DNA of 32,000 nt from an uncultured delta proteobacterium (GTDB taxonomy: Bacteria; Desulfobacterota; Binatia; UBA9968): NCBI GenBank assembly GCA_963755715.1, contig CAVWLW010000073.1, positions 29,720 to 61,719 on the forward strand, in the 5' to 3' direction. Numbering within the stretch: position 1 is the stretch's first letter; each line of letters begins with the position of its first letter. Positions 18,244 through 26,554 of the stretch are shown one piece after another. The notes beneath the pieces were generated by a model. The model ran no database searches. It saw only the letters and a list, made by a program, of their open reading frames with translations, and had not been told where the DNA came from. The position numbers and the translations under genes were made by a program.

Positions 18244-18540
18244 TTTAAAACCTCCTGCAAAAATTAGGTCCACTCATCCACGCTCGCTTTTCGTCGCGAG
18301 TACAGCTTGAAAGTCTTTATCGTCGGATGAATTACCTTAACTGATTTCTTGCTTGGTTAAAGAAGGCAGGGTTGCGGGTGCGCAGAAATCCGATGAAGTC
18401 TTTGTAAACGGCATGGAGAACAATAAAAACCAGGCCACGGAACCGGAGTCGAGAGATTACGAACCCGGCGTGAACGATCACGGCCACTAAAGAATTGCGA
18501 GGCGAAAGTCCGGACACGGATGCCGAAGCAGTAAGCCGCG

Positions 18541-19077
18541 CTATGACGCCAGCAACCAAGACGCGACGTATCCGCCGATCAGGCCGCCGGCAATCACATC
18601 GGTAGGATAATGTAGACCGAGGACAACACGAGACAGCGCGATCAAACTGCTGGCGGGAATGAGCACAAGAGACAACTCTGCGTGGTGCGCGCCAGCGATC
18701 ATAGAGAAAGCAACCGCGTGCATCGTATGTCCCGAAGGAAAACTGTATTGGTCGAGCGGTGCGGTGCCGAGACAGATCTCTTTGCTGACGACATCGGGTC
18801 GAGGTCGGCCGGTGAGATTTTTGACAGCCTTGTAGAGCGCCAAGTTGACGATGCCGACAATCACCATATTCCAGGAAGTCGCCAGCCCCTTCTCGCCGTA
18901 GATCAAGGGCAGTGCGACCATGAGCAAGTACCAAGCTTTGCCATCGCCGATCCAACTGACCAGGACAAAGAACTTTTTGATTTTTGGCGCGCGGGACATA
19001 CGGTTCAGCAGCCCGCAAACAACGATCTCACGGTCCGCGACCCATCTGACCAGCACAATCGATTGAACCTTACCCAT
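18541..19077 (-). CDS. PAP2-family lipid phosphatase
   Basis: All three PAP2 motifs are present: KNLTGRPRP (KX6RP), PSGH, SRVVLGLHYPTD (SRX5HX3D). Several TM segments. Confidence 0.85.
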   Translation of the reverse strand: MGKVQSIVLVRWVADREIVVCGLLNRMSRAPKIKKFFVLVSWIGDGKAWYLLMVALPLIYGEKGLATSWNMVIVGIVNLALYKAVKNLTGRPRPDVVSKEICLGTAPLDQYSFPSGHTMHAVAFSMIAGAHHAELSLVLIPASSLIALSRVVLGLHYPTDVIAGGLIGGYVASWLLAS

Positions 19078-19305
19078 AGGAGTTTCCCGACTCGGAAGAA
19101 ATTTTCGCCGTTGGAAATTGCATTCTCTTAAACGGGCGGTTAAATGTTCTTGACGCCTTTCCCCGCTGCAACCACCCTTCTCTCGAGTCTCTGCTCAAAC
19201 AAACCGTCGCAAAAGGTCTCATAACGCGTAGTGTCAAAATCGCCATTGACGCCAGCGTTATCAGGCGCGTATGCTTCCGGCCAAATCGTCTTTTGGAGGT
19301 GCTCC

Positions 19306-19941
19306 ATGTTTGAGATCGGCGGTAAACAGATTCCAGCGACTTTGGCGGAGCTCGTAGAACCCAAGCGTGCGGCGTTGTTGCTTTGGGACATGGAAAACGC
19401 CATCGCCCCCAATGCGTTCAACTACCAAGACATCCTGGCCAATCTAAAAATGCTCGCCGCGCTCGCTCGCGAGAGCGGCGTGCCGGTTTTCTATTCCGTA
19501 CAAACCGGCTTTGATTTATTGAAAGAAGAAGCCGGCGTCTGGGTGCGCGTGCGCATGAAACGGGCCAAGGCCACGGAGCCAAGTCAACTGTTGAAAGAGA
19601 AAGAAGATCCGCATGACCGGGAAATCGTCGAGCCGCTCAAGCCTCAGGCGAAAGATATCGTCTTTCAAAAGCGCCGGCCCGATGGCTTCGTCGGCACCGA
19701 CTTCGATCTCATGTTGCGCAGCAACGGCGTGCGTACGATCTTGATCGGCGGCGTCGCCACCGAAGGCGGCGTTGAAGGCACGGCGCGCAGCGCGCGAAAT
19801 CTCGGCTACGACGTCGTCGTCTTGAAAGACTGCGTCGGCTCGCGCAACCGCGAGCTCCACGAGCTCGCCTTGAAGCTCATGGAGCAGACTCACTTCGACG
19901 TCGCCACGTCAGGTGAGATCGCAAATATCTGGCGGCGTTAG
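19306..19941 (+). CDS. Isochorismatase-family cysteine hydrolase
   Basis: The ATG at 19306 follows GGAGGT plus 5 nt. ALLLWDMEN, FQKRRPDGFVGTDFDLMLRSNGVRTILIGGVATEGGVEGTARSA, including the conserved K and the T-x-x-C/G context. Confidence 0.8.
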   Translation: MFEIGGKQIPATLAELVEPKRAALLLWDMENAIAPNAFNYQDILANLKMLAALARESGVPVFYSVQTGFDLLKEEAGVWVRVRMKRAKATEPSQLLKEKEDPHDREIVEPLKPQAKDIVFQKRRPDGFVGTDFDLMLRSNGVRTILIGGVATEGGVEGTARSARNLGYDVVVLKDCVGSRNRELHELALKLMEQTHFDVATSGEIANIWRR

Positions 19942-19955
19942 GGAACGATCGCACT

Positions 19956-20420
19956 ATGCGGATCGCTTGGCTTGCCGCCTTCTCCATTGGCTTGTTTTCG
20001 TCACTTGTTCGCGCCGCCGATGAAAGGACCATCGAAGCCGCGCGCAAAGAAGGCGCGGTGAGTTTCTACACCACCATGGCGGCCACGGAGAGCAAGCTTT
20101 TCGCCGACGCCTTTCAAAGTAAATATCCATCTCTCAAAGTCGAGATCACCCGCCTCGGCAGCGACAAATTACTGCAACGGATACTCACCGAAAACCGCGC
20201 CGGCCGCGGACTGTTTGACGCAACCAGCAACAGCGGCTTCGAAATGCACTTGTTGAACAAGGCACGCTTACTCGCCCGTTATCAGTCGCCGGAATTCAAC
20301 GCCTTCGTTGCCGACTCCAAGGACCGCGCAGGATATTGGGTCGATATGTATTCCAACGTCCGAGTTCTCACTTACAACAGTCGGTCTGGTGCCCAAGGAA
20401 AAGGTGCCGCGCAATTATGA
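19956..20420 (+). CDS. ABC transporter periplasmic solute-binding protein (family 1, iron(III)/polyamine-like), N-terminal fragment
   Basis: Signal peptide MRIAWLAAFSIGLFSSLVRA. After ...VLTYNSR (nt 20385) the sequence continues one base out of frame as LVPKEKVPRNYEDLLDPGWKG in ORF 20308..20937. Confidence 0.7.
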   Translation: MRIAWLAAFSIGLFSSLVRAADERTIEAARKEGAVSFYTTMAATESKLFADAFQSKYPSLKVEITRLGSDKLLQRILTENRAGRGLFDATSNSGFEMHLLNKARLLARYQSPEFNAFVADSKDRAGYWVDMYSNVRVLTYNSRSGAQGKGAAQL

Positions 20421-20937
20421 GGACCTCCTCGATCCGGGATGGAAGGGCGCCATCGGTTTTCCCGAAGCGCAGTACGCCTGGTACGGCACAATGCTGCGTG
20501 TGATGGGCGAAGAGAAAGGCAAAAAATTTATGCAGGCGCTCGGACGCCAGGAGCTTCAGTACCGCGCCTCGCAGGTTTTGATCACCCAATTCGTCGCCGC
20601 CGGAGAATTCAATTTGGGCTTTGTCTATGACAACCAGGTACTCCGATTCAAGAAAGAAGGGGCACCGCTCGGCGTGGCGCCGCTGCCGTTCGTGACCAAG
20701 AATATGCACCCGCTGGGCCTCGCCGCCGCCGCGCCGCATCCGAACGCCGGCAAACTGTTCATCGACTACATGCTATCGCGGGAGGCGCAGACACTGATGA
20801 AAGCTCTTGGCCGCGTCGTCTCTCGATCGGATATTTCTCAGGACGAGCTCGGCCGCTTCAAGCTGATCGCCGACGATGTCACCCTGGCCGACCGCATCAA
20901 TCCACTGATGGAAGAATATAAAAAATATTTCCAATGA
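20308..20937 (+). CDS. ABC transporter solute-binding protein, C-terminal fragment (real coding starts at about 20386)
   Basis: It is contiguous with 19956..20385 after removal of one base. HPNAGKLFIDYMLSREAQ is typical of SBP_bac_1-type proteins. Confidence 0.7.
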   Translation: MPTPRTAQDIGSICIPTSEFSLTTVGLVPKEKVPRNYEDLLDPGWKGAIGFPEAQYAWYGTMLRVMGEEKGKKFMQALGRQELQYRASQVLITQFVAAGEFNLGFVYDNQVLRFKKEGAPLGVAPLPFVTKNMHPLGLAAAAPHPNAGKLFIDYMLSREAQTLMKALGRVVSRSDISQDELGRFKLIADDVTLADRINPLMEEYKKYFQ

Positions 20938-21019
20938 AGAGAATCAGAAAGAGCACGAGGCGCGCGCTTTGTCGGACGTTTGATCGGCGACGGAATGCGC
21001 CTCAGACAGCCGCTACGAT

Positions 21020-21050
21020 GCGAGGCGGCGCTTGCTAGACACCGCCTCGC
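21020..21050. terminator. GC-rich hairpin between convergent genes (possible bidirectional terminator)
   Basis: GCGAGGCGG-13 nt-CCGCCTCGC is a perfect 9-bp stem. There is no clear U-tract on either strand. Confidence 0.35.
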
Positions 21051-21092
21051 AAATTATGCCGTAGCGACCGTCAGCCGATTCGGCAATCGGGG

Positions 21093-21593
21093 TCAAAGAG
21101 GCTGATAGGCGAGGCGTTTCATCTTTTGTGTGTTCTTTCCCTCGATGCGTAACAACCCCGTTGTGGCGACCCGCTTCGGCGAGTGCACGTCGCCTTCGTT
21201 GTAAATGTGCGCCATCCCAGGTTTGAGCGCGTAGACTCGGGCGCGCCGGACTTTTCCCGGTTTGCCGTCGGCGGCGGGCTCGATAATTTCCCAATCGCTC
21301 ATTTCCGTCTCGCCGAATGCTTGGCCATAGATCGCCCAGGAGCTGCCGTGATCGTGCGGATTGGCTTCTCTCGCGTCACGGTTTACATGGGCACAGACAC
21401 AAAAACCCAGTTGGGGATCTTCATAGATGATCTGCCGATCGGGTGTGTTGTCGTTGACGTAAGTCGCAATGAACTTTTCGTCTTTCAGCGCCGCTTCGAC
21501 CAGAGCGCGAACTTTTTCACGCCCAGTCGGGCTGGGATCTTCTTTCAAGACACGCTGAACATCGGCTGCGAATGATTCGAGTGTAAGCGCCAT
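21093..21593 (-). CDS. Cupin-fold metalloprotein (cysteine-dioxygenase-like), function unknown
   Basis: The ATG at 21593 follows AAGGAG plus 7 nt. PHDHGSSWAIYGQAFGE and GDVHSP fit a cupin metal-binding pattern. Confidence 0.5.
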   Translation of the reverse strand: MALTLESFAADVQRVLKEDPSPTGREKVRALVEAALKDEKFIATYVNDNTPDRQIIYEDPQLGFCVCAHVNRDAREANPHDHGSSWAIYGQAFGETEMSDWEIIEPAADGKPGKVRRARVYALKPGMAHIYNEGDVHSPKRVATTGLLRIEGKNTQKMKRLAYQPL

Positions 21594-21651
21594 AGCAAGT
21601 CTCCTTTTCCGTGGCTCAAAAACGTATTCGGTCAATAAGACAAAATTTAAG

Positions 21652-24237
21652 CTACTGCAACACCCGGTAGCGCTGTCTCGGCTCGGACCCGGTTCGGGAC
21701 AAACTCACAACCTCAGAGAAGATCGCTTCAACGACACCCTGAGTCCGACAGTAGAATGACTTAGCGCTTGAAAAGTCCCTCCAAGCCGCGCCGAATCTTA
21801 TCTTCCGTCGAGCTTTTCTTCTTTTTCGTATCACTGTCGTTCGGCGTCTCGTTTTGCTGCGCCGCGGCATCTTTGCCGCCGCCGAGAAACGCTTTTGCAG
21901 ATCGTCGGCTCCCTTGCGCATAAAACCGCGCTGAACCAACTGTCCTAGATAGCGCGTGTCGGGTTTGGGCTTCACATTGGGCATCCGGCCGCTTAACACA
22001 AACGGCACTTCAAGCTGCCCCTGATCATTTAAAAGATATTTAGTCTCACGGGCAGATTGGCTGAGATCAGCGGACAAACGTTGAGAAAAACTGAGCGTAG
22101 AGCGAAAATCGACCTTGCGCGTAAAATCCACCCAACCTTCGCCTTGCACCAGGAAATCCGCGGCCGACATGCGCAGGTTCTTGACGTTGATGCGGCCGTC
22201 AGCCACATCAAAATTCGCTTTTAACTCTTTGAATTCTGTGTCCTTCGCCGTAAACGTTTCCGGATATTTCTGGCGCAGCGACGGATTGATGATATTCGTG
22301 AGGCCGGGCATGCCGGTGATCCCGGTGAGCGCGCCATCGGCGATATTGAAATTGAGTAATGCGCCTTGCAGCACTTCCGCGTCCCCCTGGCCGCGCAACG
22401 CCGGCTTGATCTCCTCCCAATTTTTACCGCTGCCGGAAAGTTTCATGTTCGCGTTCATTTGCCCACGGATATCTCGTTCCGCTTTCGGATCGAGCGCTGC
22501 ATAGAGATCCTTGACGTCGATTCCCTGGACTTTCGAGGCGATGGAAAAGCGCGGCACCGCTTCCTTGAAAGAGTACTCGCCTTCGACCTGCACTGCGCCG
22601 CTGAGCGTGTTGACCCGCAGGCTGCGAATATTGGCGACTTTATCGGCCAAAGAAACGGTCGCGTCGAGGCCTTTGTACGGGACGTTATAAAGCGTGCCGT
22701 CCGCCGAGTTCAATTTTCCTTGGTAAGTCATGTTGCCGTTCGCCATGGCGAATTGGCCTTCGCTCCTCAGATTGCGAATCACATCGGCCTTGCGTTCCTC
22801 GCCCAGCGACGCGCTGTAATCGGCGGGCCAAAGTTCCGCTGTCGACATCTTGTACGTAAGAGTCAGCGGCGCAAACTTTTGGATGGCCGCGGCCAACTGA
22901 ATGCGCGACTTTCCGAGACTCAAGGTCATATCGCTGATATCCGCTTTTTGGCCGGTGAAATTGATTCTCGTGTCGAGATTCTCGATCGGCTTGGAAAACT
23001 CCGGCGGTTTGGCGCTGGCTTTCTTCAAACTCAACACACCCTGAACCTCCGGCACGGCTCCTTTGTCCATCTTGCCGCGCACTTTGGCTTGAAGCTCCAA
23101 TGTGCCTGCGAGTTGATAGCTCGCGATCGCCGGAACGATTTTATCCCAACCTTCGAGAGAAGCTGGTTTGGAATCAACGGAGAGATTAAGGAACGCGCCG
23201 TTGCCGAATTGAATATCTCCCGCGGTAGCCAAGTCCAGCGTGTGAAGCCTAAGTTGGCCTTTGCGAATAGTAAGCTTGTCGCCAGCGTAGCGGGCATCGG
23301 CGGTGAGCGTTAGCGGCATGCCGGCGGGCTTTTGAAATGTTTTGCCATAACGCACCGCCCCTTCCGTGCCTTCAATCTTGCCGTTCACCGCCAGATCCTT
23401 CAGCGTGCCGTTGAACTTTAAATCCTTAACGCGAAACACGCCGGTCAAATCGATGTCCTTGCCCAGAGCGCTTTTCAACTTCGGCGCCGCGGCGTTGAGG
23501 CGGGTCGCATCGAATGGATCGATGTCGAGCTCGCCGTTCAAAGGCACCTGCGTAAAATCGCCGTCCGGACGGAGCGGGCCGACTTTGCTGGTTAATTTTA
23601 AATTCTGCTTACCGGCATAGACGGCGGCGGCAAGCTTGACCGAGAAGGCCCGATTAAAATCGAAATCTTCCACCTTCAAATCGATTTGCTGCAGGCGCAA
23701 GTCGGTACCGTCTTTGCGGTCGAGGTAATGAATATCACCGCCGGAAAGATCGACCAGGGAAACCAACCATGCCGGCTGGCCCGGTTCTTTGGCTGGGGCT
23801 TCTTTTTTCTGTTTTGCCGGAGTCTCTTTCTTTTCCTTGGCGCCTTTCCCGATGGTGGAAAAATTGAATTTGCCATCGGCGTTACGAACGATCTGAATCA
23901 CTGGATCGTGAAGAATGACTCTCTTGACCTGGACTTCCTTTCTAAGCAACGGCCAAAACCGGAGATTGACCTGGAGATCTTTGGCGCGGACAAATTCGCC
24001 CGACGAATAGGCCGGATCGTCGCTCATAGTAAAATCCGCAATTCTCGCGCCGAGGCCGCTCCACAGCGTTGCCTGCACCTCGCCCATCGAGACCTTTCTT
24101 CCAAGCGCGTCCTCGGCTTGCGCGATCAAGTAGCCTTTATTGCGCGCGATCAACGAATTGATATTGAGCAATAGCAGGAACCCGACGACCACCGTGATCA
24201 CTACAATGGCGCCGGCGACGATGATCCATTTACGCAT
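21652..24237 (-). CDS. AsmA-family outer-membrane biogenesis protein with a frame-disrupted C-terminus
   Basis: The ATG at 24237 follows AGGAGG. N-terminal anchor MRKWIIVAGAIVVITVVVGFLLLL, then a long beta-rich body with the AsmA-like start (WSGLGARIADFTMSD). After ...GADDLQK (A4 run, plus-strand 21893-21896) the natural-looking ending AFLGGGKDAAAQQNETPNDSDTKKKKSSTEDKIRRGLEGLFKR* lies in another frame (stop 21761). The listed Arg-rich tail to 21652 is junk. Confidence 0.75.
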   Translation of the reverse strand: MRKWIIVAGAIVVITVVVGFLLLLNINSLIARNKGYLIAQAEDALGRKVSMGEVQATLWSGLGARIADFTMSDDPAYSSGEFVRAKDLQVNLRFWPLLRKEVQVKRVILHDPVIQIVRNADGKFNFSTIGKGAKEKKETPAKQKKEAPAKEPGQPAWLVSLVDLSGGDIHYLDRKDGTDLRLQQIDLKVEDFDFNRAFSVKLAAAVYAGKQNLKLTSKVGPLRPDGDFTQVPLNGELDIDPFDATRLNAAAPKLKSALGKDIDLTGVFRVKDLKFNGTLKDLAVNGKIEGTEGAVRYGKTFQKPAGMPLTLTADARYAGDKLTIRKGQLRLHTLDLATAGDIQFGNGAFLNLSVDSKPASLEGWDKIVPAIASYQLAGTLELQAKVRGKMDKGAVPEVQGVLSLKKASAKPPEFSKPIENLDTRINFTGQKADISDMTLSLGKSRIQLAAAIQKFAPLTLTYKMSTAELWPADYSASLGEERKADVIRNLRSEGQFAMANGNMTYQGKLNSADGTLYNVPYKGLDATVSLADKVANIRSLRVNTLSGAVQVEGEYSFKEAVPRFSIASKVQGIDVKDLYAALDPKAERDIRGQMNANMKLSGSGKNWEEIKPALRGQGDAEVLQGALLNFNIADGALTGITGMPGLTNIINPSLRQKYPETFTAKDTEFKELKANFDVADGRINVKNLRMSAADFLVQGEGWVDFTRKVDFRSTLSFSQRLSADLSQSARETKYLLNDQGQLEVPFVLSGRMPNVKPKPDTRYLGQLVQRGFMRKGADDLQKRFSAAAKMPRRSKTRRRTTVIRKRRKARRKIRFGAAWRDFSSAKSFYCRTQGVVEAIFSEVVSLSRTGSEPRQRYRVLQ

Positions 24238-24507
24238 CAACCCTCCTGACAATACAAAATGCGTTCTCTTCGACGCCCACGGTGGAAAATTGGATACCAA
24301 AGCGGAGGTTTGAAATACCGTCGGGGATCGAAAATGACAGTATAATATCTTCCGAGAAAAAGAGTAGCGGGATCGCCGTCGGCCCGCAACAGTGACGTAG
24401 CGCGTTCCGCTCAGCCGCGGGCGCTCGGTCGCAACGGCGTCTCAAAAAATCAACTGATAAAAGCTCGCAAAAAAACTAATCGAGCCCACTGCCTTGCAGG
24501 GCGGATC

Positions 24508-25284
24508 TTAGCCGCCCTCTGCGGATTGTGCCGGCCTAGCCGTGAGAATCGGCCGACGCCTCACCTCGATGAGACCCGGGGAAGGGCGTCCGATATGAAT
24601 ATGCGGCCCGGTGGCCATGTTGCGTACTGCGCGACGAAAGGCAATAAAAGGTATGCCGCTCCGATGCAGATACGCCATTAGGCTGCGGCCTTCCTCACTA
24701 TCCGGCGCTATCGGGACGTCAACAGCGCCGCGATGATCGAGGCTCATGCGCTCATGAGTCGAGGTCTGCCCGAAGGCGCTGATCGGCAGCGAGCGACCGA
24801 AACGCGCTAGAAAGAATTGGGCAATTTTTTTCGTGTCGGCAAGCGACCAGGGGCCAGCGCCGTTGTAGCACATGTAAGAAGCCGTCTCGTCGTAACCTCC
24901 CAGAGGCAACTCCGCAAGTCGCTCGGATTCTTCTTCAGCCGCTTCCGGCGTCAGTGCCAAAGCGATGTCGTCTTCGCTGATCCGCTGCTGTATCTGCGCC
25001 ATCGCCTGCCGTGTCTCAGCTAATCGCTGCTCGCTCTTGTCTACGTCCAGCCGGGAAATCGCATTTTCCTCGTATAGTTTCTTTTTCATTTCGTAATCCG
25101 CGACTTGGTTTTGCAATTCGCTCTCGTATTGCGGCAAAGAGTCGCGGAGGTTTTGTCGCGAAAGGTTCGTGCACTCAATGAGCTGCGCTCGCGTCGCTGC
25201 CAATTTATTCTGCGACGATGTGACTTGCGCTGAGCGGGTGCTGCGGACGGGCTTTTTTTGTTTGGCGTCTGCGCCTAGGCTCAC
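24508..25284 (-). CDS. Coiled-coil protein with a C-terminal LAS-type (M23/M15-like) metallopeptidase-like motif set. The likely true start is at 25339.
   Basis: The N-terminal half is heptad-rich. The C-terminal half has HRGAVDV and ATGPHIHIG (an H...D and HxH pattern, as in LytM/lysostaphin-type enzymes). Upstream in frame lies LWILTGLVVFYSTVSLGADA, a signal/anchor with no start codon. ATG 25339 (MKLSTS) is one base out of frame, across a T-run near 25320. Confidence 0.45.
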   Translation of the reverse strand: MSLGADAKQKKPVRSTRSAQVTSSQNKLAATRAQLIECTNLSRQNLRDSLPQYESELQNQVADYEMKKKLYEENAISRLDVDKSEQRLAETRQAMAQIQQRISEDDIALALTPEAAEEESERLAELPLGGYDETASYMCYNGAGPWSLADTKKIAQFFLARFGRSLPISAFGQTSTHERMSLDHRGAVDVPIAPDSEEGRSLMAYLHRSGIPFIAFRRAVRNMATGPHIHIGRPSPGLIEVRRRPILTARPAQSAEGG

Positions 25285-25486
25285 GGTCGAATAAAAGACA
25301 ACGAGTCCGGTTAGAATCCAAAGATGTGCTCAGCTTCATAACCGTCCGGTCGAAGCGATAGGCGCATGCGTTATGTTCTCCGGGATTCGAGTTTAGTCGA
25401 CAAAGAGAAGAGAACGATGCCGCGTTATCCTGGAGGTTTGAGCATGAACACAACAAAATATATGCCAAACATTCACTTGTTTTCTT

Positions 25487-25735
25487 TTACGATTGTTTAT
25501 CGTAGTGGATGCGTACGAGACCGATCAGTATATCCTTCACCAGAGCCAGCTTCAGTCGGTTTTTTTCAGACAACGACTGGAGAGCACAGTAAACGTCATC
25601 GATCTGTTGGAGCAGGAAGCAACAGAGGAAACGCTCGGCGTCGGTCAGCGTATTTTCGCGTCCATCGAACTTTCTTAGCAGAGGTTTAGGAGAGAGTGGA
25701 TGAAGGACTTGCGCAAGAGTGCTCGCAGCGTTCAC
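25487..25735 (-). CDS. Hypothetical small protein (weak call)
   Basis: 82-codon ORF with helical, protein-like composition in an AT-richer patch. It has a GTG start with no Shine-Dalgarno sequence. No family recognised. Confidence 0.25.
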   Translation of the reverse strand: MNAASTLAQVLHPLSPKPLLRKFDGRENTLTDAERFLCCFLLQQIDDVYCALQSLSEKNRLKLALVKDILIGLVRIHYDKQS

Positions 25736-25759
25736 GATGACTGAGATTCGGCTAATCTC

Positions 25760-25956
25760 TCACTCGCCGCTCGGCACGACCGTGCGACCGCGACTCTTGC
25801 ACTTTATAATAAGATGATATGCGCGGCGCTTATGAGGGATTCTTTGTCCAAGCCATCGTTGGGATACACGGCGACGCCGATGCTCGCGGTTATTACCGGT
25901 CCGTCGCGGTCATCGGCGAGTCGGTGCGAAATCCGCCCGGCGACTCGATGACTAGA
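25760..25956 (-). pseudogene. Relic of a GGDEF (diguanylate cyclase) domain C-terminus
   Basis: The minus strand reads VAGRISHRLADDRDGPVITASIGVAVYPNDGLDKESLISAA, then after a frame change ..KCKSRGRTVV. This follows the end of the GGDEF domain (..tvSiGvAvyp.dg.d.e.Ll..AD.AlY.AK..GRN.v). A stop lies immediately upstream, and no GGDEF motif or N-terminal part is present. Confidence 0.6.
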
Positions 25957-26069
25957 TTAGCCAAAAAAAGCGTCAATTTTAGCCATTGTAGCTAGGCCAA
26001 AATGTTAGCAGCTCAAGGGGCGGCAAGTGGGCCTAACATGGCTGTTTAGGCGCGGTGGTTTGAATCGTC

Positions 26070-26444
26070 CTAAAACGGCTGGAACAGTTCGATCGGATTG
26101 CCCGAAGGATCTTCGACTAAGATTTGCTTGCCGCCGTTGCCGGTGACGATTTCGTTACGGAAGCGCGCTCCCGTCTTTTTTAATTTCTCGACCGTCGCCG
26201 CCAAATCCTCGACTTCAATCTGGATGCGATTCCAACCGCCCGGAACGGGACTTTTGCCGTCTGGCATGGTTTGTCCGGCGCCACCGGCGCCGGGCCGGTT
26301 GAGCAATAACTGCAAGTCGCCGCGCGACATGCTCGCGAAGCCCGGCGCTGGATGCATGTCGAGCTTGAAGCCGAGAATATCGGCATAGAAGGGAATCGCC
26401 CGATCGACGTCATCGACAATGTATCGAACATTGACCTTGCCCAT
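26070..26444 (-). CDS. VOC-family (glyoxalase/bleomycin-resistance fold) protein
   Basis: The ATG at 26444 follows GGAGGTG plus 8 nt. VDDVDRAIPFYADILGFKL ... IQIEVEDLAATVEKLKKTGARF...ILVEDPSGNPIELFQ. Confidence 0.8.
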   Translation of the reverse strand: MGKVNVRYIVDDVDRAIPFYADILGFKLDMHPAPGFASMSRGDLQLLLNRPGAGGAGQTMPDGKSPVPGGWNRIQIEVEDLAATVEKLKKTGARFRNEIVTGNGGKQILVEDPSGNPIELFQPF

Positions 26445-26554
26445 GATTGTTTCACCTCCAAAAATAAATTTCCGGCACGACAAATGAAGAATCCGGCAAC
26501 CATTTCGCGTGCCTCGAATTCGAGGAAAGAAGCGCACTGCGACGCTCGGCTTTT

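Noticed and set aside
18332-19018. 228-aa minus-strand ORF overlapping PAP2. Its tail (18332-18487) lies in the PAP2-USP intergenic region and could encode a 51-aa peptide from a GTG.
   Set aside because: Most of it is an alternative frame of the PAP2 gene. The free tail has no SD, and I could not link it to PAP2 by a simple frameshift. There is insufficient evidence for a separate gene.
22366-23313. 315-aa ORF on the plus strand
   Set aside because: It is antisense to the AsmA-family gene and Arg-rich, with no recognisable motifs. It is a shadow ORF.
24466-24505. Possible terminator after the LAS-like gene (imperfect GCCCTGC/GCAGTGGGC hairpin and a T7 run on the minus strand)
   Set aside because: The stem needs a bulge, the loop is 3 nt, and the T-run is about 9 nt away from the stem. 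It is too weak to annotate.
26002-26039. ATGTTAG...CTAACAT inverted repeat downstream of the VOC gene, followed by TTTT on the minus strand
   Set aside because: It is a 7-bp AT-rich stem with a 24-nt loop, so it is energetically marginal. It is kept only as a note.
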